Assembly (NCBI GenBank): GCA_054661495.1
Contig: BAAFSQ010000379.1
Location: 1-8,424 of the forward strand
DNA length: 8,424 nucleotides
Origin: Zygophlyctis sp. KS116
Lineage: Eukaryota; Fungi; Chytridiomycota
Reading direction: 5' to 3'
Both the position numbers and the translations under genes were made by a program. Each line of letters begins with the position of its first letter. The first letter of the stretch is position 1. The notes beneath the pieces were generated by a model. That model made no database searches. It was not told the DNA's origin and was given only the letters and a program-made list of their open reading frames with translations. Shown piece after piece: positions 1 to 8,080 of the stretch.

Positions 1-366
1 TTAAAGGTATTATATGTAATATTAAAAATTGTAGGTAGGCTGCCCTGTTATTCTACTTCGCAACCTGAATTCAGCAGGAGGTTTATGTAAATGGGACCAG
101 ACTTATGATATTGTCTTAGAAATCTAATGTGGTAGAAGCTCAAATATTGGTTGGGCCTAACCAGAATCAAAAAGTTTTGATTCCAATGATAGATTTTATT
201 CCAGATAATAAGGAATTGCATTTTCAGTACAAAAGGAGACAGTTTCCTCTTAGGGTGTGCTATGCCATGACAATAAACAAAAGCCAGGGTAAAACGATTG
301 GAAAGGTTGGGCTCAATTGGTCTCAGGAAGTGTTCACCCACGGACAGCTTTACGTGGCTCTTTCAA
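1..366 (+). pseudogene. Helitron-type Pif1 (SF1B) helicase, C-terminal fragment, disabled
   Basis: Removing intron 7..34 gives LK|VGCPVILLRNLNSAGGLC, then a +1 frameshift (extra A ~89), then NGTRLMILS*KSNVVEAQIL...RRQFPLRVCYAMTINKSQGKT...VFTHGQLYVALS. These are Pif1/Helitron helicase signature, motif V and motif VI sequences. In-frame TAG at 117-119. Similarity ends just before the conserved R of YVALSR. Confidence 0.9.
7..34 (+). other. 28-nt spliceosomal intron
   Basis: GTATTA...TTGTAG; removal joins LK to VGCPVILLRNL, the contiguous Pif1 motif. Confidence 0.8.
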
Positions 367-367
367 T

Positions 368-454
368 AGACTACTCAAGATAAACTTTGTTTATCTTTTG
401 ACAACTAAACCCTATCAGTTCACAGTCACACTTCTGAGGAGTCAAATTTTAACT
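368..454 (-). repeat. Putative 3' LTR remnant (~85 bp)
   Basis: Lies directly after the PPT and ends where helicase similarity begins. Contains a 9-bp-stem hairpin (377-397). No partner LTR is present to confirm it. Confidence 0.5.
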
Positions 455-3400
455 CTCTCCCTGACTCTTGAAGTGTGATACTCCAAAATTCTTCATCATA
501 TCTCTTAATTGACATCCAGAAACTCCTTTTGTGAATACATCTGCAAGTTGATCTTTAGTTGGACAGTAGACAAATTTGATTAATTCTTTTGCCACATAGT
601 CTCTTATTACATGGAATCTAACTTGAATATGCTTGGTTCTCTTATGATCTTCAGGATTTTTGGTTAGAGATATACATGCTTGATTATCTTCGAAAATAGT
701 GACAGTCTTCTGAGGAAATCCCATATCATCTAGTAGCTGTCTTAACCAAATTGCTTCATTTCCAGCTGATACTGCAGCATAGTATTCTGATTCTGCTGAA
801 GATTGAGCAACTATTTTCTGTCTTCCAGAGTACCAACTAATCAGTCCACCAGCCAACATGAATCCATAGCCTGATCTAGACTGATATTCAGTTTCGTTTG
901 CATATGATGCATCGACATAACCTATAATTTCCATACTACTAGTTGTTTGATACCTCAACTTGTAATCCAAGCTTCCAGCAACATATTTTAAAATTTGTTT
1001 GACTAGTTTTATGTGAGTGAGCTTTGGCCTTTCTAGAAATTGACTGACGACCGAAATTGAACATGCTAAATCTGGTCTTGTTCCCAACATTGCATACATC
1101 AAACTGCCAACTATTCTTCTATATGGGAACCCAGTGGTATCACAGGTTTCTGACTCAGCATCTTGTAGAAGTTTTTGATAGTTAGATGGCAGTGGGCTTG
1201 AGGCTTTTTCTTTACCAACGTAGTCTTTAAATTCTTCCAGCTTCTGTTTGAGATAAACTGTCTGATCTAGGTCAATAACTCCCTGAGTATCCTGATGGAA
1301 GGCGATTCCGAGATACCACTCTAGTAGTCCTCCTTCTGCGATTGAAAATTCTTTTCTTAACTCATTCCTAAATGGTTCGACGTGATGTGGTAAACCAATT
1401 GTCTTTATATCATCAACGTAGACTCCTACAATCAATCTCCCCTTATATATCTTCTCTGTATTGATATATATGCAAGGATCTGCCTTAGATTGTACAAATT
1501 CTTTTGAAACAAGATAATTGTGAATAACTGCATTCCATTCTCTTGGTGATTGTTTGAGACCATAGATAGTCTTATTCAAGAGACAAAATTCATTTGATTC
1601 ATTTGATTCATATCCCTCTGGCTGACTCATCCAGACCGTTTCCTTCAGGTCCCCTTGCAAGAAGGCTGACGGCACATCATCTTGATATGCTGTAAGTTTC
1701 AGTTGGGCACAGACAGCCGCTAAAGTTCTCATGGACTTGAACTTTAGGACCGGAGCATATGTCTCTACAAAGTCAATTCCTTCGATTTGACTAAAACCTT
1801 TTGCAACAAACCTGGCTTTGAGTTTTTTCACATTTCCATATCTATCATATTTCTTTGTAAATACCCATTTCGATTTGACTGCCTTTACATCTTTAGGTTT
1901 AATTTTGATGTCCCAAGTATTGAAACGTTTCATTTGGCTCATTTCTGCGTCCATTGCTTCTCTCCATCCATCTTTGTCTTCTGATTGAATAGCCTCTTGA
2001 TATGTACGTGGGCAATCATTATGCATTGCCGCACTCATACACATAAATTGACTGATTGATAATTCGGTATTGCGACAGAGATTTACAAGTGATTCAATTG
2101 AAACTATTGAGGTATTGTTTGTCTGTCTGGTTTCTATATGTCCAAGATTTATTGCATCATCTAATTTCTTGTATGGATCAATCTCCTTGGATTCCTCCAT
2201 TTCATCATCAGAGTCAACTTCATGCCCTTTATTATTGTTCACTGTATCTTCATGATCCTTATCCAGAGATGAATAAAACTTATCTACATTATCCACTGGT
2301 TCTTCAAGGAATGTGATTTCGCTATTTTGCAGAAATGTAACATCCGGACTAAATATGATCTTTCTATCTAATTCTCTTAGTAATTTGTATCCTAATTTAT
2401 GCTCAAGAACAGAATCATCGTCTCCATATCCCAGAAATCTGCATCTCATTCCAGAATCCATGAGTTTACCTTTGAGCCTTTTTGCCTTCGGAACATGAAC
2501 ATAGCAGATTGATCCAAATGTCTTCAGTTTATTCAAATCAGGAGCCTTGCCATATATATGTTCATAAGGCGATTTTTCCTCAGAGTCCCTAATGATTCTA
2601 TTGATAGTATACACCACATATCTCTGTGCATCTGAGTAATATTTCAACGGCAATTTTGAGTCTGAATGACAACTCCTAGCCAATTCGGTGACCGTCCTGT
2701 GGGCTCTTTCTGCCCTAGCAGGTAGATGTTTGTGGGTAGGAGATGTGATCTGTTTGACTATTCCATGCGAAGTTAGGAAATCCTGAAAGACATTTTTATA
2801 TTCACTGCCTCCATCTACTCTTATACAGCGAATCTTTCGAGTCGTAACATTTTCAAATCTTGTTTTAAATATTTTGAAGGCTTCACATGCTGTAGCAGAG
2901 TTTAGTCTTTTAACAAAAACAGATGAAATCCAACCACTCTTTCTATCAATAAATTTCAGACTATGACTGAATCCATCATATGATTCTACAGGAAAAGGTG
3001 TTGAGTCTGACTCGATCATTTCCAATATATCATATGATTTCTTTGAATTTGATTGGCTTTTTCTAGAAACTGTCAGTTTACCACTTATACATTCCTCGCA
3101 ATCCTTAGAAACATTTTTGAAAGCAATATTATTTAGATGAAGGTTTCGAGTTATAGTGTTTTTATTGAAGTGTCCTAAACATTTGTGCCATTCATGTAAA
3201 TTCTTTTCCGGGGCTTTTACCAAGAATGAATTTCCAGTCTGCATTTCAATTAGACCACTGAGTGGGTTATATTCTCCTAATGCTAATATCTCGCCTGATT
3301 TGTTCAAAATTTTTAGAATGCCATCTTCAATAATTTGACTATATCCTTCCCTCATTATTTGTATTCCTGAAAGAAGGTTGTACTTGAACTGCGGAACATA

Positions 3401-3616
3401 TACTACATCCTTTAGTTTGAGGTTTCCAATTTCCACCTCACCAACTCCATATGTTGGTATTGTTTCATTTGATGCAGTTAAGACAGATCCGTGTTTGTCA
3501 ACCATATTGCGGGGCTTTTCTCTGAAGTATGATACAGGCGTACATCCGGTATCATATATTATTTTGCTGGGTGAATCAAAGACAGGAAAAGGTAGAAGAA
3601 GATTTATTCCCATCAT
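449..3616 (-). CDS. pol: Copia Pol polyprotein (protease, HHCC/integrase, reverse transcriptase, RNase H)
   Basis: Protease YDTGC; WHKCLGH...CEEC; integrase ESD / VDGGSEY / AER; RT LKARFVAKGFSQIEGIDF, YGLKQSPREW, VYVDD; RNase H YVDAS, AESEY, EDNQ, ADVFTK. 1055 codons with no stop. The true entry point is probably ~3577 by frameshift rather than the ATG at 3616. Confidence 0.96.
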   Translation of the reverse strand: MMGINLLLPFPVFDSPSKIIYDTGCTPVSYFREKPRNMVDKHGSVLTASNETIPTYGVGEVEIGNLKLKDVVYVPQFKYNLLSGIQIMREGYSQIIEDGILKILNKSGEILALGEYNPLSGLIEMQTGNSFLVKAPEKNLHEWHKCLGHFNKNTITRNLHLNNIAFKNVSKDCEECISGKLTVSRKSQSNSKKSYDILEMIESDSTPFPVESYDGFSHSLKFIDRKSGWISSVFVKRLNSATACEAFKIFKTRFENVTTRKIRCIRVDGGSEYKNVFQDFLTSHGIVKQITSPTHKHLPARAERAHRTVTELARSCHSDSKLPLKYYSDAQRYVVYTINRIIRDSEEKSPYEHIYGKAPDLNKLKTFGSICYVHVPKAKRLKGKLMDSGMRCRFLGYGDDDSVLEHKLGYKLLRELDRKIIFSPDVTFLQNSEITFLEEPVDNVDKFYSSLDKDHEDTVNNNKGHEVDSDDEMEESKEIDPYKKLDDAINLGHIETRQTNNTSIVSIESLVNLCRNTELSISQFMCMSAAMHNDCPRTYQEAIQSEDKDGWREAMDAEMSQMKRFNTWDIKIKPKDVKAVKSKWVFTKKYDRYGNVKKLKARFVAKGFSQIEGIDFVETYAPVLKFKSMRTLAAVCAQLKLTAYQDDVPSAFLQGDLKETVWMSQPEGYESNESNEFCLLNKTIYGLKQSPREWNAVIHNYLVSKEFVQSKADPCIYINTEKIYKGRLIVGVYVDDIKTIGLPHHVEPFRNELRKEFSIAEGGLLEWYLGIAFHQDTQGVIDLDQTVYLKQKLEEFKDYVGKEKASSPLPSNYQKLLQDAESETCDTTGFPYRRIVGSLMYAMLGTRPDLACSISVVSQFLERPKLTHIKLVKQILKYVAGSLDYKLRYQTTSSMEIIGYVDASYANETEYQSRSGYGFMLAGGLISWYSGRQKIVAQSSAESEYYAAVSAGNEAIWLRQLLDDMGFPQKTVTIFEDNQACISLTKNPEDHKRTKHIQVRFHVIRDYVAKELIKFVYCPTKDQLADVFTKGVSGCQLRDMMKNFGVSHFKSQGES
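453..462 (-). promoter_or_regulatory. Polypurine tract (plus-strand primer site)
   Basis: AGGGAGAGAG on the minus strand overlapping the last pol codons, the usual Copia position. Confidence 0.8.
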
Positions 3617-4262
3617 TCTCTATCAAATTTGCCTGCTTCTTGTTAAATCCTTCCACATCACCATAAAAGCATTTCTCAGTATCATGACTGTTACTAAGTT
3701 TTTTGCGCCATTTCAAACAATAGTCGCATGTCTTTTTGCTACTAGGTTTAGTTGCATTCAAAGCATTCGCCAGTTTGATGGTAGGATCAAACGGTGTTTG
3801 ATCTACTTTAATCCTTTTGTTTCGTCTAGCATCCCAAAACTTCCAAATCTTTTGTCTTATTTTTGACAAATCCGAAAAAACTTGATCATCTAGCTCATTA
3901 AGTCTTCCTCTCATTTCAGCCCAGAAATCACTATTTTCGACAAAGACAGAGTTTGCTCCTCTAGTACAAGATAGTCCTTCCTCAAAGACATTTCTGAGAA
4001 AGTCAACCGTACTTTTACCATTGCATAATTCTAGAATATCTAACTGTTTACCAAGCCATAGAAAAACTTGATTTGGGTCTTTTCCAATGGGAAATTGAAT
4101 CAACGATATGACTGTTTGTTTTTGGTTTGATGGTGAATAGTTTCCATATCCAAAAATTTCATTCAATCTGTCAAGAACGACATTTATGGACTGTGTAGGG
4201 TCAATGGGGCTTATCGCCTCGTCACTAATATTTCCTATAACCCATTTTTTTGCTGCCTTAGG
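3576..4262 (-). CDS. gag: Copia Gag, N-terminally truncated, with variant zinc knuckle
   Basis: The frame stays open upstream of the track start (4166) as KAAKKWVIGNISDEAISPIDPTQSINVVLDRLNEIFG, with no ATG before it enters the repeat block (stop at 4293-4295). C-terminal CDYC-x10-H-x4-C. Sits immediately upstream of pol. Confidence 0.8.
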   Translation of the reverse strand, partial: PKAAKKWVIGNISDEAISPIDPTQSINVVLDRLNEIFGYGNYSPSNQKQTVISLIQFPIGKDPNQVFLWLGKQLDILELCNGKSTVDFLRNVFEEGLSCTRGANSVFVENSDFWAEMRGRLNELDDQVFSDLSKIRQKIWKFWDARRNKRIKVDQTPFDPTIKLANALNATKPSSKKTCDYCLKWRKKLSNSHDTEKCFYGDVEGFNKKQANLIENDGNKSSSTFSCL

Positions 4263-4266
4263 ATTA

Positions 4267-4515
4267 TATACTCTCTTTATATCTCTTTGACTTTAATGAT
4301 AAACTTTCAACATTCAACTTTTGGAAATAATTAATGTACGATGGTAAACTTTCAACTTTCAACATTAAACTCAACTTTTTATTCCCTTCTTATACTCTCT
4401 TATCTATTATACTCTCTTTATATCTCTTTGACTTTAATGATAAACTGTCAACATTCAACTTTCGGAAATTATTAATGTACGATGGTAAACTTTCAACTTT
4501 CAACATTTAACTCAA
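4267..4515. repeat. Two direct repeats of ~108 bp, period 141 bp
   Basis: 4267-4374 vs 4408-4515, 4 mismatches by eye; internally rich in TTTCAAC units. Confidence 0.93.
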
Positions 4516-4533
4516 ATTTCAACTTTCGGGAAA

Positions 4534-4585
4534 AGTATGATATTATAATAATATCATACTGCATAAATAATATTATTATTTATGC
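4534..4585. repeat. Two abutting perfect palindromes
   Basis: AGTATGATATTAT-A-ATAATATCATACT (4534-4560) directly followed by GCATAAATAATA-T-TATTATTTATGC (4561-4585). Confidence 0.93.
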
Positions 4586-5257
4586 CTGCCTCCGTAGGAT
4601 CCGCTACGCTGCGCTACGTTTCCCCTCGGCAGCGCATTCTTTTTTTCTTGAAATATTGGATGAACGACCCTGGGGATCAATCGTAGGCGTCACGCCATGA
4701 AAGGGACAACGCTATCGCTCAAGGCCCCTTTCTTATGGTCTTCGCTATAGAGATTTGGCTTAAAATTCAAGAAAAAGATAAGTTTATAATGGGATTTATT
4801 TCAATGTTTTTCAAACAAACATATTATACTTATCTAAGTCTTTTCAAGTTCTTGGAATTACTTTCACTGTTTCGAGATCTTCAATTGATTTCGTTTCTAA
4901 TTGCTAATTTTTTAAGAAACATACTTACTGTTATTTTGATCAGCGGTCTCGTTATCCAACGTAATGTCCTTCCTAGTGTTTCTTGAGCAGCTTCAACAAA
5001 AGGGGGGTAATCTCTAACAACAATATCTGAATAATACTTTGGTTTCAAGTTACTGGCCTTAATCAGATGATTGCAAATAAAGAATGTGGAGTGTTTAAAT
5101 TTAACCTAGAATCAGTAATATTTAAATTATCCATCCATTCTCTCATCATTTCCTTGAACCAAAGTGGAGTTCTAATTCTTTTTTCTGTTTCTTTGTATTT
5201 GATAATAAAAGACGGTAGAAGCCATTTGCAAGTTATAAGAAGACACGATTTGATAGT

Positions 5258-5282
5258 CTATAGTTATTTCAGAATATATTAC
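5258..5282 (-). other. 25-nt intron in MULE transposase
   Basis: GTAATA...CTATAG; removal switches to the frame giving RPTIKSCLLITCKWLLP...WFKEMMREW. Confidence 0.75.
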
Positions 5283-5510
5283 TGGCCTTCCAAACATTGA
5301 AAAGTAATCTCTTTTTAATATCCTAAAATGGGATTCCGCAAACATAGATGTTCTATACCTGCATAAAACTCCTGGCCTTGCAGATCGCATCCAAATCTTG
5401 CTATTTTTTAAATTGTAACATTCATTATAAAGATAACATAATGCATCTGAAAGTTTTTTATCCAGGCAATAAAAACTGGGTTGACTTTCAATGATTTTAA
5501 ACAATTGAAC

Positions 5511-5534
5511 CTTTAAATTTAGTTAATAATTTAC
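5511..5534 (-). other. 24-nt intron in MULE transposase
   Basis: GTAAAT...TTAAAG contains the in-frame stop; removal gives IKQW|FNCLKSLKVNPVF. Confidence 0.75.
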
Positions 5535-5845
5535 CATTGTTTGATAGCAAATTTTCTTTGAGTTTCTTCAACTCTTCTTTCTAAATATAAATAGCTGGCT
5601 GGATATCCTTCACCATGAAATAATAAAATTATGACAAAAAGTTCGAAACCTTCACGATTCGACTTAAATGTCGAATCAACAAATAGGTATCTGCAGTTTA
5701 GAGCAATAAAAGAAGTTATGAAACAAACGTGCTTTTGATTGATATTCAGGGAGAAACTGCGATAGTTGTAGTTTTGTAGGATAGAAAATCCATTATCATC
5801 TATCAAATCCTCAGTCCTGTGAACTTTACACCAAATGTAAGAAAT

Positions 5846-5872
5846 CTATTATTAATATACAGTTTTAATTAC
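5846..5872 (-). other. 27-nt intron in MULE transposase
   Basis: GTAATT...TAATAG contains three in-frame stops; removal fuses ORF 5852..6157 to ORF 5531..5806. Confidence 0.85.
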
Positions 5873-6200
5873 CTGGCTAAGAGTTAAATCCAATAACTCT
5901 TCAACAGGGTTTTCAGATTTTAAAAGTTTTAAAATCTGACCAGGAGACGATTTTATACACATTTCCTTAATTCTATTTATCAAACTTTCATCTAAGTTTT
6001 TTTTTACTTTTTGATGGTTCACATCATGTTGAACCATGACTGAAAAAAAAGACTCAGTAGAATTGATATAAAAGCGACCATTGCAATTGAACTTTTCTGA
6101 GCCGTATTTTAGCCTTTTTCTTTCTTCAGGGCCTTGTCTTTCATAATATGTTGACAAACTACAAAAACCGTACCAAGCGACATCCGTTTTTTTGTCGAAT

Positions 6201-6225
6201 CTGATATTTAACTAAATTAATTTAC
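6201..6225 (-). other. 25-nt intron in MULE transposase
   Basis: GTAAAT...TATCAG; removal joins WDKYGYRF in frame to DKKTDVAWYGFCSLSTYY. Confidence 0.82.
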
Positions 6226-6600
6226 AGAAATCTATATCCATACTTGTCCCAAATTAAGTTTGAAAATTCTTGTGCGAAATCTTCGATATTTAGATCCATT
6301 AAACTTCTTTTACTTAATAGCAATTAGGTTTGAGGAAAAAGCTCGGCATGGTTTAAGCTTTCAATATCGTCAAGGTATTGAAACTTAGTAACTGTTTCAT
6401 TTTTTAAACAACGATTACAAAGTTTGTTTAGCTTGGCTTTTGGTCCAATATGCTCAATTGGCAGCGTAAATCTGTTGCACTTTGGACAGTACATTTTAAC
6501 CATACCCCTAAGAGGAAAAGCAATATTCGTTTATCATAGATCTGTTATTTTGTGGATTTTATGGCCAACATTACGAAAACTAAGGTGTTAAGCATTTCAT

Positions 6601-6920
6601 TCACTTACATAGATTTTTTCTACCTTTTTTCTTTGTCGGCCTATATTATTAAACAACAAATTTTACGTTTCTAAACTTATCATTGACATGCTCCTCTTTA
6701 TGACAGGAGAAGATTCATACCCTTCGGAGGTGAGCATTAGGAATATAATTTGTTAGAAAGGCAGACTAAAATAGTTCAATATATCAGCTAAATCGTCACA
6801 GAAACTTATGTTTTCAACTTCCTGATTTCCTAGGCATTTTGAGCATAAGTTATTTATTTTTCCTTTTTCACCAATGTGGGACTTTAGCATAGTGAATTTT
6901 TCACATTTCCGACAATACAT
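6601..6920 (-). pseudogene. Zinc-ribbon mini-gene or fragment paralogous to the transposase N-terminus
   Basis: ORF 6753..6920 reads MYCRKC...LCSKCL (55 aa, absent from the ORF track). The same frame continues past TAA and, after a candidate 26-nt intron (6641-6666), ends ETPTKKKGRKNLCK* at 6601. Confidence 0.65.
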
Positions 6921-7406
6921 CACCAATTTTTTTATACAGTTTAAGATCGTGATTTATTTTTTATACACTTTTAGATCGAAAGCAGCTTCATTCACATAGT
7001 TTCATCAATTACAGTTATAGATTCATCTAACTGATGCTTGTCCAGACGAAAAAGCTTGAATCTCGCTCTACCAGTTGGGGTAGAATTGATTGAGCTAGAG
7101 TTAAGCTTGACCAGTTTTATCACGTTTCCCTTTAATATTATCTTAATATAAAATACCCCTCTGTTTCGGTTAGAGGTACTTGGTGTTTTACTAACTTTTC
7201 CGAGTCCTGCCATTCCAATAAGATCCAAAGTACTTTCAATTAATGAATCAGAGTTGGTAATTATATTCCCAGGAAAATACAATACTCTTTTAACACTCGT
7301 TTCAGGATGAATACATACAATAAAATTTAAGGCAACATTCTTGTTATACACTTGAAATTTCCACCACCGTGGAAATTCAAATACATAGAACGAAATTTAT
7401 TCTCAT

Positions 7407-7432
7407 CTACACTTACTTTAATTATAAAATAC
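7407..7432 (-). other. 26-nt intron in DUF3987-like gene
   Basis: GTATTT...GTGTAG; removal gives LYSLK|DENKFRSMYLNFHGG. Confidence 0.75.
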
Positions 7433-7786
7433 CTTTTAGACTGTATAGCTTGTTGAAAAAGGATTCAGCTTCATTGGCTACTTGAATCATTTCGCCGTTA
7501 TTAATCATGAGCTGGTTGGTGAGCCCTTCTAAGGTCCCCTCCAAGAAAACCAAATCCATATTAGCATCATCAGAACGTCTTAAATATGAGCGAAGTGGAT
7601 CTAAAATAGCTTTCAAAATTGGAGATTTTTTAGTGCCCTTTCTGCCAACTAATAACGAGAACATAATTATCGGTTCTTCCCAGTTAAGAGTAGAGTCGGC
7701 AGCAACAAAAGAATTAGATCCTATTAGAAGGCAAACGACTGGCAATAATACAGTCAATACAGCTATAGGATCTCCCTAAGACATCG

Positions 7787-7811
7787 CTAGAGTTAAACAA
7801 TAAAAAAGCAC
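7787..7811 (-). other. 25-nt intron in DUF3987-like gene
   Basis: GTGCTT...CTCTAG; removal joins LLNTI in frame to AMS*GDPIAVLTVLLP. Confidence 0.6.
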
Positions 7812-8080
7812 CGATGGTATTTAACAAAATAGCAGATTTTTCACCGCATACTGTTTCTATTCCTGGTATCACGGCTAATGAATCGCCTACTCTAGAGTCA
7901 AAACACGTTTTTACCGTTGATTAACCAAGTCTTCCATGTCAGACTTAAAGCTTTCTTTGAGGGACTAACTATTAGTTAAAAAATTTTACGTTTCAAATTG
8001 ACCTGAGGAACTCTTTTTCTGAGGAGTTTGAGGATCTACGGCCATCATTTTGAATAATTTAGAAAAACAATTCCTAGAAA

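Larger units (their letters stand above)
368..4262 (-). mobile_element. Ty1/Copia LTR retrotransposon, 5'-truncated (no 5' LTR or PBS in window)
   Basis: gag followed by pol with domain order protease-integrase-RT-RNase H; polypurine tract overlaps the pol end. Boundaries are approximate. Confidence 0.93.
4844..6503 (-). pseudogene. Mutator/MULE-family DDE transposase, intron-containing, disabled
   Basis: Spliced reading from ATG 6503: CPKC..CNRC zinc ribbon; IWDKYGYRF..FCS..FNCNG..HDVNH (WRKY/GCM1-like DNA-binding domain); LTLSQ|ISYIW; FVDSTFKSN..FELF..GEGYPASYLYL (D1 5675-5677); LDK (D2 5460-5462); WMRS..RTSMFAESHFRILK (E 5334-5336); GRP|TI..WFKEMMREW; FICNHL (SWIM remnant). Lesions: TAA 6324-6326, frameshifts ~5470 and ~5080, internal deletions. 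3' end uncertain. Confidence 0.88.
6992..8048 (-). pseudogene. DUF3987/YfjI-like P-loop NTPase (putative helicase), intron-containing, disabled
   Basis: WEEP..SLLVGRKGTKKSP (Walker A, 7623-7646); GTLEGL; IQVANE (Walker B position, D>N); after the intron, KFRSMYLNFHGGGNFKCITR; LNFIVCIHP; C-terminal AGLG. Start ATG at 8048. Lesions: TAG 7776-7778, frameshift ~7340, probable internal deletion after HP. Family assignment is from motif memory. Confidence 0.7.

Noticed and set aside
48-341. Minus-strand 97-aa ORF
   Set aside because: Antisense to the Pif1 helicase fragment.
1787-3866. Plus-strand ORFs 1787..1984, 2056..2316, 2070..2255, 2313..2498, 3156..3338, 3378..3866
   Set aside because: Antisense shadows of gag/pol with no recognisable motifs.
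4234-4242. GGTTATAGG (minus strand), resembling the half-tRNA-iMet Copia PBS GGTTATG(A/G)GCCC
   Set aside because: Only a partial match, inside the open gag frame, with no LTR-ending CA before it.
4267-4515. CRISPR-like array
   Set aside because: Only two long repeats, no spacer series, eukaryotic context, no cas genes.
4482-5300. Plus-strand ORFs 4482..4700, 4735..4986, 5067..5300
   Set aside because: They run through repeats/palindromes or are antisense to the transposase; no motifs.
117-7778. In-frame TAA/TAG codons (117, 6324, 6753, 7776) as evidence for stop-codon reassignment to Gln
   Set aside because: They are too rare: the 1055-codon pol has none internally, and three of the four genes also carry frameshifts, so decay is the simpler explanation.
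7507-7779. Plus-strand 90-aa ORF
   Set aside because: Antisense to the P-loop NTPase exon.
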